The notes below the pieces were generated by a model that did no database searches, was not told the DNA's origin, and worked only from the letters and a program-made list of their open reading frames with translations. This document shows positions 1 to 9,577 of a stretch of DNA of 64,000 nt, one piece after another. Every line of letters starts with the position of its first letter. The stretch's first letter is position 1. Source of the DNA: a virus; the IMG/VR virus record IMGVR_UViG_3300027762_000214, positions 7,432 through 71,431 of that record; one strand, written 5' to 3'. The translations under genes were made by a program, and so were the position numbers.

Positions 1-1
1 T

Positions 2-1486
2 GCAACTAGAACTGCACCTACAGCACTTCCTTCTGCGGGTAAAACAGTAGCATCTAAACCAACATTTAAACCTGAAGCACTTCCAAAATCACCTAAATTA
101 GCGGAACCTGCAGGAAAATTAGCAACAACAAAGGCACCTAAACCAACATTTAAACCTGAAGCATTACCTAAGGCAAAGGCAACAACAGAACCTGGGGGAG
201 CACTTGTTCGTGTAAAGGGTTCTAAACCAACATTTAAACCTGAAGCACTACCCAAGGCAAAGGCAACAACAGAACCTGGAGGAGCACTTGTTCGTGTAAA
301 GGGTTCTAAACCAACATTTAAACCCGAAGCACTACCTAAGGCAAAGGCAACAACAGAACCTGGAGGAGCACTAGTTTCTACTAGATCATCTAAACCAACA
401 TTTAAACCTGAAGCATTACCTAAGGCAAAGGCAACAGCAGAACCTGCTGGAAAGTTGGCAACAACAAAAACTCCAAAAACCACAAAAACTGGATTATCTC
501 CAGAAGGGCAGGCAATTCAAAGATTAAATAAAATGACTGGTGGTGGACCTTTAGGAACTAGAGAGTTGCCAAAACTTTCTCCTAGAGCACCTAAACCTGC
601 CTGGGAAGCAGGAGCAAAACCACCAAAACCACAACAAGTTCCTGGTCAGGTTCAAAGAAGTGTTGCTCTTCCATCAAGTAAAACTACATCTTCCACTAAA
701 CCATCTAAAAAAACTCCAGAACCTTCTACTGGAGGAAAACCTCCTAGAGGTGGCGGATTGACTAATACAGTTCGTGCTACTTTGTCACCCACAGAAAGAA
801 CAGGAAATATGAAGTATCCTGGCCTTGAAAAATATGCAACGGGATCTGGTCCTGGAACTGGTGGAGCAAAACCACCTAAAAAATCTATGTTAGGACCTGC
901 TGTTGCTGCTGCTGGTGCTGCTCTTGCATCTTCGGATTCGGAAAGAAAGCAGAAAAAAACTGAAAAACAACAAAAAGCACTTGTATCAAATATTGAAAAA
1001 CCAAAGAAAAAAGTTACTGGTGAAGATGTGAGAAAAAGTTTTGATACTGCATTTGCCACAGAAAGAAAACTAAAAGGATCAAAAGGTACTTTTAGATGGA
1101 CAAATCCTTTAACTAAAAAGACTGGTACTTATACAACTAAAATGGCAAAAGAATCAATAGACAATTTTGATATTATTTTAGATTCACTTTTAGTTGAAGG
1201 TTATAGTAATGAAGATGCATTATCAATTATGGCAAATTTAGATGAAGCTGCAGTTACTAAATTGTTGTTAAAACTTCAAAAAGCTTTACCCAAATTATCT
1301 GATGAGGGTAAAAAAGCAGCAAGGGGTATTATGAAAAAACAAGATTCTACTGCGGCTGATCTTGAAAGACAAAAAATGTCTCCAGTTCGTAAGCAACAAT
1401 CTAAACAGAGATATGAAAGAGAAACTGAAGATAAGTATGGGCATCCATCTTTGAGTGCTGCAGAAAGAAATCCATCATTACGTTGA
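2..1486 (+). CDS. Low-complexity Lys/Pro/Ala-rich protein, 5'-truncated by the window edge; probable virion/internal head protein
   Basis: The frame of track ORF 455..1486 is open from position 2. It has 28-aa repeats and a C-terminal acidic motif (FDIILDSLLVEGYSNEDALSIMANLDE) shared with ORFs 28007 and 28913. Confidence 0.7.
   Translation, partial: ATRTAPTALPSAGKTVASKPTFKPEALPKSPKLAEPAGKLATTKAPKPTFKPEALPKAKATTEPGGALVRVKGSKPTFKPEALPKAKATTEPGGALVRVKGSKPTFKPEALPKAKATTEPGGALVSTRSSKPTFKPEALPKAKATAEPAGKLATTKTPKTTKTGLSPEGQAIQRLNKMTGGGPLGTRELPKLSPRAPKPAWEAGAKPPKPQQVPGQVQRSVALPSSKTTSSTKPSKKTPEPSTGGKPPRGGGLTNTVRATLSPTERTGNMKYPGLEKYATGSGPGTGGAKPPKKSMLGPAVAAAGAALASSDSERKQKKTEKQQKALVSNIEKPKKKVTGEDVRKSFDTAFATERKLKGSKGTFRWTNPLTKKTGTYTTKMAKESIDNFDIILDSLLVEGYSNEDALSIMANLDEAAVTKLLLKLQKALPKLSDEGKKAARGIMKKQDSTAADLERQKMSPVRKQQSKQRYERETEDKYGHPSLSAAERNPSLR
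56..470 (+). repeat. Coding tandem repeat, 84-bp unit, ~5 copies (KPTFKPEALPKAKATTEPGGALVRVKGS)
   Basis: aaaccaacatttaaacc(t/c)gaagc recurs at ~56, 140, 224, 308 and 392. Confidence 0.9.
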
Positions 1487-1563
1487 TTTTAAATTAATTT
1501 TTAAAAAATAAAATTCAAAAAATTATACTTGATAAATAATTTTATAGAATTCTATTGCATCTA

Positions 1564-1704
1564 ATGAGTAGATTTACGGATTTATTTCAAGAACCAGACT
1601 CTACACCAGAATCAACTCTGGAACCTGTAAAGGTTGAAGAGGTCGTAGTTGAAAAACCAGTATCAGTACACAAACCAGCAAAGAAAAAATCTATTACTAA
1701 TTGA
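1564..1704 (+). CDS. Small hypothetical protein (46 aa, MSRFTDLFQEP...)
   Basis: ATG..TGA ORF below the track cutoff, downstream of late-promoter-like GATAAATA (~1531). Confidence 0.5.
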   Translation: MSRFTDLFQEPDSTPESTLEPVKVEEVVVEKPVSVHKPAKKKSITN

Positions 1705-1795
1705 TGGGCGATCTTTGAACTGGCACAGGGGGCATCACACTGCCCCCTTTTTGCTTCTATAATTACTTTGTTGAAACAAACCACCTAACTGCATC

Positions 1796-2899
1796 ATGCC
1801 TCGTAAACTTCCTGTGACTGACGCACAACTGATTGAATCTCTTCGGAATATGTATGGATCTGAAATCACATCTGGTGATCTCCGAGGTTTCTGTGCATAT
1901 CGAAATCTCAACTATCAGACTGTTTCCAACAAACTTGCACAATACAAAACTGATCGTGGTCGTTGGAACCTGGAAGTAACTCAAGAACGTGTTGAAGAAA
2001 TTGAGCGTTCCTACAGTGCTCCCGCAGTCCTTCCTGTTGTTGAACAAAATCTAATTCCTGATAAAGATGATACCTTCGTCAAGTTTGGTAACTTTACTGA
2101 TATTAAAAAAATTATTCAGTCCAATCTTTTTTATCCAACGTTCATTACGGGTCTTTCGGGTAATGGTAAAACGTTCTCTGTGGAGCAAGCGTGTGCTCAA
2201 CTTAAGCGTGAACTGATTCGCGTAAACATCACAATTGAGACTGATGAGGATGACCTGATTGGTGGATTCCGTCTTGTTGATGGAAGTACTGCATGGCATA
2301 ATGGTCCCGTGATTGAAGCACTTGAGCGTGGTGCAATCCTCCTGTTGGATGAGATTGACCTTGCTTCCAACAAAATCTTGTGCCTTCAATCTATTCTGGA
2401 AGGTAAAGGTGTCTTCCTGAAAAAGATTGGTCGTTGGGTAAAACCCGCTGCTGGATTCAACGTCATCGCCACCGCAAACACCAAGGGCAAAGGTTCTGAT
2501 GACGGTCGCTTCATCGGCACCAACGTGCTCAACGAGGCATTCCTGGAGCGTTTCCCTGTGACCTTTGAGCAGTCCTACCCTGCCCCTGCAACGGAGCAGA
2601 AGATCCTTGAGGGGGTTTCTCTGGACCTTGGTGTAGAAGACCGTGAGTTCTGCAAGCGCCTGGTGGATTGGGCTGATATCATCCGTAAGACCTTCTACGA
2701 TGGTGGTATTGAGGAAATCATCAGCACCCGCCGCCTTGTCCACATCATCCGTGCCTACAGCATCTTCCAAGACAAGGCAAAAGCAATTCAAGTGTGCATC
2801 AACCGCTTTGATGACGAAACCAAGCAAGCATTCCTTGAACTTTACGATAAGGTGGATGTCGATTTTAAAATGCCTGTTGACTCAGAACCTCAATCCTGA
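1796..2899 (+). CDS. cobS: CobS-like / MoxR-family AAA+ ATPase
   Basis: Walker A GLSGNGKT, Walker B LLLDEID and NEAFLERF; a typical cyanomyovirus core gene. Confidence 0.88.
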   Translation: MPRKLPVTDAQLIESLRNMYGSEITSGDLRGFCAYRNLNYQTVSNKLAQYKTDRGRWNLEVTQERVEEIERSYSAPAVLPVVEQNLIPDKDDTFVKFGNFTDIKKIIQSNLFYPTFITGLSGNGKTFSVEQACAQLKRELIRVNITIETDEDDLIGGFRLVDGSTAWHNGPVIEALERGAILLLDEIDLASNKILCLQSILEGKGVFLKKIGRWVKPAAGFNVIATANTKGKGSDDGRFIGTNVLNEAFLERFPVTFEQSYPAPATEQKILEGVSLDLGVEDREFCKRLVDWADIIRKTFYDGGIEEIISTRRLVHIIRAYSIFQDKAKAIQVCINRFDDETKQAFLELYDKVDVDFKMPVDSEPQS

Positions 2900-2954
2900 T
2901 ATAATTGGGGAAGGTAAAATGTGCCTTCCCTTTGTTCTTTATTTTTGAAAAATT

Positions 2955-3485
2955 ATGCCTTCTGAAAATTTTGAAAGCACTTATGGAAGTTCAATTCCAA
3001 AAACCAACAATTTCACATTCTTAGGAGGAGCAAGTTCTTCGGATACAATTTCATTAGGAAATACTCATTTTCCTGGTGGAATGCATGGTCCCTCTCAAGA
3101 CTACTGGGATTATGATGGGATTAGTTTTACTGGAAATCCTTATACATCTCCCGACTTTCTCACGATGAATTCCTATAATATTAAAATGACTGAAGATACG
3201 AACAAAAACGGTTTCTGGAAATACAACGAGGATAAAATCCTGAAACAACTTGAGGAGTACATTGCAAGTACTTATCGCCAGCATTATGTCGATCGTACTG
3301 GTGGTGGGAAGGAACAAACTCTCGACAAAATTAAGCACAATCGTCGTGAAGGGTTCTGTGCAGGTAATGTAACCAAGTATATTGATCGTTACGACACCAA
3401 AGGAACTCCTCGTGCAGATCTTTTCAAGGTTCTTCACTACACGATTCTTCTAATCAATCACCTGAACCTTATTGAAAACAAGTGA
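2955..3485 (+). CDS. DUF3310-like conserved phage protein (true start may be 3188)
   Basis: FCAGNVTKYIDRY..KG...DLFKVLHY motif; sits upstream of gp45. Confidence 0.65.
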   Translation: MPSENFESTYGSSIPKTNNFTFLGGASSSDTISLGNTHFPGGMHGPSQDYWDYDGISFTGNPYTSPDFLTMNSYNIKMTEDTNKNGFWKYNEDKILKQLEEYIASTYRQHYVDRTGGGKEQTLDKIKHNRREGFCAGNVTKYIDRYDTKGTPRADLFKVLHYTILLINHLNLIENK

Positions 3486-4168
3486 AACTTCAAGACAAAA
3501 CTATGAAACTCTCAGATAATACTCTTGCTCTTCTAAAGAATTTTGCAGGAATTAACAATTCTATTCTTGTGAAAAAAGGAACTCAACTTCGTACTATTTC
3601 TGTTGCAAAGAATATCCTCGCACAAGCAAATATTACCGAAGAGTTTCCTCGTGATTTTGCAATCTATGATCTCAATCAATTTTTAAATGGTCTGAGTTTG
3701 CATCAAGATCCTGATCTTGATTTTACTGAGGAGTCATATCTCAGCATTAAAGAAGGTAAGCGTAGGGTCAAGTACTTCTATGCAGATCCTAATGTGATTA
3801 TTTCTCCTCCCGACAAAGAAATTCAACTTCCTTCTCAAGATGTTTGTTTTCAACTTGATAGTACTTCTTTAGAGAAACTAGTTAAGGCTGCATCTGTATA
3901 CCAACTTCCTGATTTGTCTGCCGTTGGTGAAGCAGGTGTTATCAAACTGGTGGTTCGGGATAAGAAGAATGATACTTCTAATGAATATGCCATTGTGGTT
4001 GGTGAGACTGACGATGAGTTTGTATTTAACTTCAAGGTAGAAAACATTAAGATCATTCCTGGTGCGTATGACGTGATTGTATCCTCTAAACTTTTGTCAC
4101 AGTTCACAAATACCAAGTACAATCTCTGCTACTATATTGCCTTGGAACCTGATTCTACTTTTGGTTGA
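3482..4168 (+). CDS. gp45: Sliding clamp gp45
   Basis: MKLSDNTLALLKNFAGINNSI, FAIYDLNQFL and YYIALEPDS match T4-like clamps. Confidence 0.95.
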   Translation: MKLQDKTMKLSDNTLALLKNFAGINNSILVKKGTQLRTISVAKNILAQANITEEFPRDFAIYDLNQFLNGLSLHQDPDLDFTEESYLSIKEGKRRVKYFYADPNVIISPPDKEIQLPSQDVCFQLDSTSLEKLVKAASVYQLPDLSAVGEAGVIKLVVRDKKNDTSNEYAIVVGETDDEFVFNFKVENIKIIPGAYDVIVSSKLLSQFTNTKYNLCYYIALEPDSTFG

Positions 4169-4584
4169 TGGAATTTCTTTTATATTTGACCCCTATTGGT
4201 CGTGAAATCGTTCAGAACGTAATTCGTGCAGGATATCCAGTTCGGGAAAACATTGAGTTTTGTCGTGATAAGAATAGGTTTGGATATGGAAACTTTAATA
4301 AAATGGTCATCTGCACGAATAATATTAAACACAGTGGTTTGAATGTAAAAGAACAAATCAATTATACTGTGTATCACGAAGCAGTTCATATGGCACATAT
4401 GTGCAATGGTTATAAACCATTTTATATTAATGTAAAGGATATGCCTCTCCCATGGAATAAAATGGAAGATATTAAAAAATCTATGGCAATGTCAACTGCT
4501 TCCAGACAAATGGAGCATGAAGCATTTTGGATGGAAGATAAACCAAAAAAAGTAAATTATGTAATCAAAAAGTATTGTTTTTGA
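4165..4584 (+). CDS. Hypothetical protein with zincin-like HExxH motif
   Basis: YHEAVHMAH plus a downstream EHEA. Confidence 0.6.
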   Translation: MMEFLLYLTPIGREIVQNVIRAGYPVRENIEFCRDKNRFGYGNFNKMVICTNNIKHSGLNVKEQINYTVYHEAVHMAHMCNGYKPFYINVKDMPLPWNKMEDIKKSMAMSTASRQMEHEAFWMEDKPKKVNYVIKKYCF

Positions 4585-4585
4585 T

Positions 4586-5095
4586 ATGAACATCTTCGTA
4601 ACAAGTGAATATCCCGCAGAGAGTGCCATCTGCCTGCCTGACAAGCACGTTGTTAAAATGCCCCTAGAGTGCTGTCAGATGCTTTCCATCGTAGCATCCA
4701 AGTGGTATCACAATTATGGTCCTCTTCTCAAGGCAGACAGTACGCCCTACAAGACCGAGAAAGGAGCATTCCGTAACCATCCCTGCACCAAGTGGGCGGC
4801 GGATAGTATTCATAATGCTTATTGGTTGATTAAGCACGGTCTTAATCTATGTGATGAATACACTCTGCGTTATGATAAGGTTCATTCCTGTTACAAGACA
4901 CTCGTAGATGCCTTTTATTTGTTCCCCCGTGGTAAAATTAATAAGGTAGAAAACTTTGTTCGTGCTATGCCAGATGAGTATAAACTTGACACAAGCATTA
5001 ACACTTTTACTGCTTACAAGATGTATATTGCATCCAAACCTTGGGTTGCATCTAATTATCTTCGTATGCCAGAACGAAAACCTGAATGGATCTAA
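4586..5095 (+). CDS. Pyrimidine-dimer glycosylase (DenV-like) family conserved phage protein
   Basis: MNIF...DKHVVKMPLECCQMLS...NHPCTKW motif set. Confidence 0.65.
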   Translation: MNIFVTSEYPAESAICLPDKHVVKMPLECCQMLSIVASKWYHNYGPLLKADSTPYKTEKGAFRNHPCTKWAADSIHNAYWLIKHGLNLCDEYTLRYDKVHSCYKTLVDAFYLFPRGKINKVENFVRAMPDEYKLDTSINTFTAYKMYIASKPWVASNYLRMPERKPEWI

Positions 5096-5098
5096 ATT

Positions 5099-6043
5099 AT
5101 GACAAGTGAATTTCTTTATGTGGAAAAGTACCGCCCTCAAGTAATTGAGGATTGTATTCTTCCAGATGATACTAAAAAAACATTTAAGGAGTTTGTTGAG
5201 AAGGGTGAGATTCCGAATCTTCTTCTTGCAGGACCTCCTGGTATTGGTAAAACTACAATCGCAAAAGCATTATGTAATGAATTAGGAGCAGATTTTTATG
5301 TCATCAACGGATCCGACGAAGGGCGTTTCTTGGATACTGTACGAAACCAAGCAAAGAACTTCGCTTCGACCGTATCACTTACGGGATCTTCTAAACACAA
5401 AGTCATCATTATCGATGAGGCGGATAACACAGGGAACGACGTACAACTCTTACTACGGGCGAATATTGAGGCATTTTATAACAACTGCCGATTCATCTTC
5501 ACCTGCAACTACAAGAATAAAATCATTGAACCCCTGCATTCCAGATGTGCCGTCATTGATTTCGCAATCAAAGGAAAGCAAAAGCAACAACTTGCAGGAA
5601 GCTTTTTCAAAAGAGTTCTTCAAATCTTGGATCAGGAGAAAATTGAGTATGATGAAAAAGTTGTTGTTGAACTCGTTACAAAACACTTCCCAGACTTCCG
5701 TAGAGTCCTCAACGAGTGCCAAAGATATTCTACGGGGGGTAAAATTGACTCAGGAATTCTCGCGTCGTTTTCAGACATTTCAGTAAATGAACTTATTAAG
5801 AATCTTAAAGATAAGAACTTTCCTGAAGTCCGAAAGTGGGTGGTCTCCAACCTGGACAACGATGCTTCTAGTTTACTTCGTCGGATTTATGACTCCCTTT
5901 ATGATTGTCTTTCACCCCCATCTATTCCTGCTGCCGTTCTTGTTATTGCTAAGTATCAATACCAATGTGCGTTCGTGGCTGACCAAGAGATAAACCTTCT
6001 TGCTGCTCTTACTGAAATTATGTGTGAGTGTGAGTTTAAATGA
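5099..6043 (+). CDS. gp44: Clamp loader large subunit gp44
   Basis: VEKYRP, GPPGIGKTT, IIIDEAD and SRC motifs. Confidence 0.95.
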   Translation: MTSEFLYVEKYRPQVIEDCILPDDTKKTFKEFVEKGEIPNLLLAGPPGIGKTTIAKALCNELGADFYVINGSDEGRFLDTVRNQAKNFASTVSLTGSSKHKVIIIDEADNTGNDVQLLLRANIEAFYNNCRFIFTCNYKNKIIEPLHSRCAVIDFAIKGKQKQQLAGSFFKRVLQILDQEKIEYDEKVVVELVTKHFPDFRRVLNECQRYSTGGKIDSGILASFSDISVNELIKNLKDKNFPEVRKWVVSNLDNDASSLLRRIYDSLYDCLSPPSIPAAVLVIAKYQYQCAFVADQEINLLAALTEIMCECEFK

Positions 6044-6231
6044 AAGTTCCATCTAAATCTGAATTGATGCATTATCGTCTTCAAGCAGTTATGCGTGAAA
6101 ACATTTTTGAAGAAGATCAAATTAAATATCTTGGTGTTCGTGATGATGGTAAACATTGGTATCTTCTTGGCGGAGATCATGAAGTATCTTCGGATCAATT
6201 TGAAGACATTGAATTGGTTGAGGAACTGTAA
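6040..6231 (+). CDS. Hypothetical protein
   Basis: ORF with overlapping start/stop junctions to both neighbours. Confidence 0.6.
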   Translation: MKVPSKSELMHYRLQAVMRENIFEEDQIKYLGVRDDGKHWYLLGGDHEVSSDQFEDIELVEEL

Positions 6232-6437
6232 TGAATCCGTACAAAATTAACAGAGCATCTTTTGTAGAACAACCAGTAAAAACTACTCCACAAAATGTAA
6301 AAGAGGCAAATGAGGCACTCTTTTATTCTAAAATGAATCTTCCGCAAGCAGCAAAGCATTGTGGAATGACTCAAAAAGAAATGAAACTTACTTTTTTTGA
6401 ATACCTTAAGTATAACAAACCTGATTATGAGTATTGA
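6231..6437 (+). CDS. Hypothetical protein (possible small HTH)
   Basis: Coupled ORF; NLPQAAKHCGMTQKEMK resembles an HTH. Confidence 0.6.
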   Translation: MNPYKINRASFVEQPVKTTPQNVKEANEALFYSKMNLPQAAKHCGMTQKEMKLTFFEYLKYNKPDYEY

Positions 6438-6984
6438 TTTTTCTCGCGTTAATTTTGAACAATTTTTCGGATGGGTGAACGCATCTAATACGAAACAAAT
6501 GAAAAGTTCTTCTTTTAGGGGACTTCGAGCGCATTATACTGAAAAGTCTTTTTGTAAGTGGTCAGATGATCAATTGAAACATGTAGGACTTTTTGATAAT
6601 GGTAGGGATTTTGTCATAAAAGAAACAGGCGAATCTGTTGAAATGAAAAGTCAACTTGGAATGTTTAAAACAAAGAAAGGATACCAGGGTGATTGTAAGT
6701 CATTTGTGTTGAAAAATTTTCATCCTTCTAACAAAGACAGAAAAAACTGGAAGAAACAGGATTTAATTAAGACATTTGATTACTTACTTTTAGTTGATAC
6801 GAAATCCATGTCTGTGGGTTATACTACATGGGATAAAGTTTACGAATGTGTTGATGAGACTGCAAATGATCCTAAATGTGTATTGAAGAAAGGTGATTAT
6901 ACTATGATTGTCGAAAACGTCATTCCTGCTGAAAAAGACTGTGATGTTGATGCTATGTTTTCTTTTATTGAGGAGCATATTTAA
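6427..6984 (+). CDS. Putative PD-(D/E)XK restriction-like endonuclease
   Basis: E...RDF(x7)VEMKS motif and FDYLLLVD; stop overlaps the dam start (TAATG). Confidence 0.5.
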   Translation: MSIDFSRVNFEQFFGWVNASNTKQMKSSSFRGLRAHYTEKSFCKWSDDQLKHVGLFDNGRDFVIKETGESVEMKSQLGMFKTKKGYQGDCKSFVLKNFHPSNKDRKNWKKQDLIKTFDYLLLVDTKSMSVGYTTWDKVYECVDETANDPKCVLKKGDYTMIVENVIPAEKDCDVDAMFSFIEEHI

Positions 6985-7856
6985 TGAAATCTCTTAAAAC
7001 TCCTTTACGCTACCCTGGCGGAAAGTCCCGTGCCTGTGAAAAAATGGGACCTTACTTCCCCGACCTACGAAATTATGATGAATTTCGTGAACCATTTCTT
7101 GGTGGAGGAAGTGTTGCAATTTATATCACAAAGAAGTATCCTGGATTAAATATTTGGGTAAATGACCTTTATGAACCCCTTGTAAACTTCTGGCAACAAC
7201 TCCAGATGTTTGGGAATGATCTGAAGAATGAATTGGTTGATTGTAAAGTTGCTTACAATACTCCCGAACTTGCAAGGGAACTCTTTCTAAAGTCAAAAGA
7301 GCATATAAATGATGAGTCTGAAACGAACTTTAATCGTGCTGTCGCTTTCTATATTGTTAACAAATGCTCTTTTAGTGGTCTTACCGAAAGTTCATCTTTT
7401 TCAGAGCAAGCAAGTAACTCCAATTTTTCCTTGCGAGGAATTGGAAAATTGCCAGAGTATTCCAAGTTAATTGCTAATTGGCGTATAACTAACTATTCAT
7501 ACGATTATCTGATGGATGGGGACAAAGGTGCTTTTATGTATCTCGATCCTCCTTATGATATTAAGGATAATCTCTATGGGCATAAGGGATCAATGCACAA
7601 AGGATTTGATCACGATAAGTTTGCTGCTGATTGCGATGCTAATAATATGGATCAATTGATCAGTTATAATTCAGATCAACTTGTGAAGGATCGTTTTAAG
7701 AACTGGAATGCTGCTGAGTTTGATCTTACGTATACGATGAGATCTGTTGGTGAATATATGCGAGAACAAAAACAACGTAAAGAACTTTTGCTTTTTAATT
7801 ATGGAATTGAAGGACTGGTTAAACTCTATCAATCAGACGAAGAAACATCTGATTGA
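6984..7856 (+). CDS. dam: DNA adenine methyltransferase (Dam/D12 class)
   Basis: LRYPGGKS, EPFLGGGSV and YLDPPY motifs. Confidence 0.93.
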   Translation: MKSLKTPLRYPGGKSRACEKMGPYFPDLRNYDEFREPFLGGGSVAIYITKKYPGLNIWVNDLYEPLVNFWQQLQMFGNDLKNELVDCKVAYNTPELARELFLKSKEHINDESETNFNRAVAFYIVNKCSFSGLTESSSFSEQASNSNFSLRGIGKLPEYSKLIANWRITNYSYDYLMDGDKGAFMYLDPPYDIKDNLYGHKGSMHKGFDHDKFAADCDANNMDQLISYNSDQLVKDRFKNWNAAEFDLTYTMRSVGEYMREQKQRKELLLFNYGIEGLVKLYQSDEETSD

Positions 7857-8181
7857 CGAAGACCCTTCGCTTGAGAAGGAATATGCACCATATATCATTA
7901 ATCGGTGTCTCTCTGGACATATTGATTGCATCATGTATGCAAATGAAATGAATCAATATCATTTCCTTTCAAAAAAGATGCAATATGATTTTTTGCTAAA
8001 TAGTCTGAGGAAAAGGAAGAGATTTTCTCCCTGGCTCCGTCAAGATAAAATCAAAGACCTTGATTATGTCAAACGTTATTATGGATATAGTAATGAAAAG
8101 GCAAAACAAGCTTTGAGGATTCTTACTAAAGAACAACTTAATTTTATTAAATCAAAATTTGAAACTGGAGGAACAAAATGA
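7801..8181 (+). CDS. gp62: Clamp loader small subunit gp62
   Basis: YAPYIINRCLS, RKRKRFSPW and YYGYSNEKA. Confidence 0.92.
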   Translation: MELKDWLNSINQTKKHLIDEDPSLEKEYAPYIINRCLSGHIDCIMYANEMNQYHFLSKKMQYDFLLNSLRKRKRFSPWLRQDKIKDLDYVKRYYGYSNEKAKQALRILTKEQLNFIKSKFETGGTK

Positions 8182-8618
8182 GTGTCGTTCAAGAACCTGA
8201 AGTGAAGTGGACGCCCGATCAAATGGTTGAAGTGGTTCTTAATGAACCAGACGACTTTTTGAAGGTACGCGAAACTTTGACTCGTATCGGAGTCGCATCA
8301 CGAAAGGAAAAGAAAATCTATCAGTCTTGCCATATTCTTCACAAGCAAGGTAGATATTATCTTGTTCACTTTAAAGAACTATTTGCCTTGGATGGTAAAC
8401 ATGCTAATCTGACTGTGAATGATGTTCAACGTCGCAATCGTATTGCTCAACTGCTTGCTGATTGGGGTTTGATTACGATTGTTGACCTTAAAAAGATTCA
8501 GGACATTGCTCCTTTGAATCAAATTAAAGTTCTTGCTTATAAAGATAAGGGGGACTGGATTTTAGAAACCAAGTATAATATTGGTGCTAAAAAGAAAAAG
8601 GTAGAAGACGCCGAATAA
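8178..8618 (+). CDS. regA: Translational repressor RegA
   Basis: DDFLKVRETLTRIGVAS, QSCHILHKQGRYYLVHFKELF. Confidence 0.96.
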   Translation: MSVVQEPEVKWTPDQMVEVVLNEPDDFLKVRETLTRIGVASRKEKKIYQSCHILHKQGRYYLVHFKELFALDGKHANLTVNDVQRRNRIAQLLADWGLITIVDLKKIQDIAPLNQIKVLAYKDKGDWILETKYNIGAKKKKVEDAE

Positions 8619-8625
8619 TAAAAGT

Positions 8626-8648
8626 AGGGAGTTCAACACTCCCTTTTT
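8626..8648 (+). terminator. Rho-independent terminator
   Basis: agggagt-tcaac-actccct followed by a T tract. Confidence 0.75.
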
Positions 8649-8726
8649 ATTTATTTTACATATATAATACTAAGGATGCCGAAAGGGTCCACAAAACACA
8701 AACTCGCTTTTAAAGGAGCTACTATA

Positions 8727-9161
8727 ATGACTAACCTTGCACGTTATACTGCTGCGGATCTTAATACTTTGATGGATAAGATTACCCGCAATAGTATTGG
8801 AATGGATGAATATTTTGATCGTCTTTTTAATCACCACGAAACTACTACAAATTACCCTCCTTATAATCTAATTCAAATAAATAACGTTGAATCCCATTTG
8901 GAACTCGCACTCGCTGGATTCAAAAAGGAGGAGGTAAATGTTTTCACAGAATATGGAAAACTTTTTGTTGAAGGGCAAAAAGCAGATGCCGAATCGGATA
9001 GGACGTTTATCCACAAGGGAGTGGCTCAAAGAAGTTTTAAACGAGCGTGGACTCTATCCGACGACACAGAAGTACGTGAAGTCACATTTGAAGATGGACT
9101 TTTACGGATCGTACTTGGGAAAATAGTCCCAGAGCATCACGCCCGTAAGGACTATCTATAA
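8727..9161 (+). CDS. hsp20: Small heat-shock protein Hsp20 (IbpA-like)
   Basis: NYPPYNLI, LALAGF, HKGVAQRSFKR and DGLL; SD AAGGAG upstream. Confidence 0.93.
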   Translation: MTNLARYTAADLNTLMDKITRNSIGMDEYFDRLFNHHETTTNYPPYNLIQINNVESHLELALAGFKKEEVNVFTEYGKLFVEGQKADAESDRTFIHKGVAQRSFKRAWTLSDDTEVREVTFEDGLLRIVLGKIVPEHHARKDYL

Positions 9162-9265
9162 ATATAATTGAATATCGTCGGCGCTATGCCACGGGAGGTA
9201 ACTGGCAAAATCCAGTTGACACCTCCCATTTTTTTTGTTATACTGGTTTTAAACTAAGTGAAAAA

Positions 9266-9577
9266 ATGACCATTAAACTTGTTTTATTAAAAACTGGAGA
9301 AACTATTATATCTGATGTAAAGGAACTAGTTTCTGATGAAAAACCTTGTGGGTATCTGTTGAATGACCCTCAATTAGTTTCTATTAAAAAGGAAATGATT
9401 GATACTGAAAATGATGATCAACAAAATGTAAATCGTGGAGAGGTACATGTTTCTTTAACACCTTGGATAATTCTTTCTATTGATACGCAAATTCCAATTG
9501 ATTTCAGTAATGTAGTTACTCTCGCTGAACCAGTAGAATCTTTGAAAAAAATGTATGAGGATAAGGTAAATGTCTAA
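9266..9577 (+). CDS. Conserved cyanophage hypothetical protein
   Basis: IKLVLLKTGETIISDV...PWI; usual position upstream of gp43. Confidence 0.7.
   Translation: MTIKLVLLKTGETIISDVKELVSDEKPCGYLLNDPQLVSIKKEMIDTENDDQQNVNRGEVHVSLTPWIILSIDTQIPIDFSNVVTLAEPVESLKKMYEDKVNV

Noticed and set aside
56-470. Regular repeats as a CRISPR array
   Set aside because: The 84-bp units are fully repeated and in frame, with no unique spacers and no cas genes.
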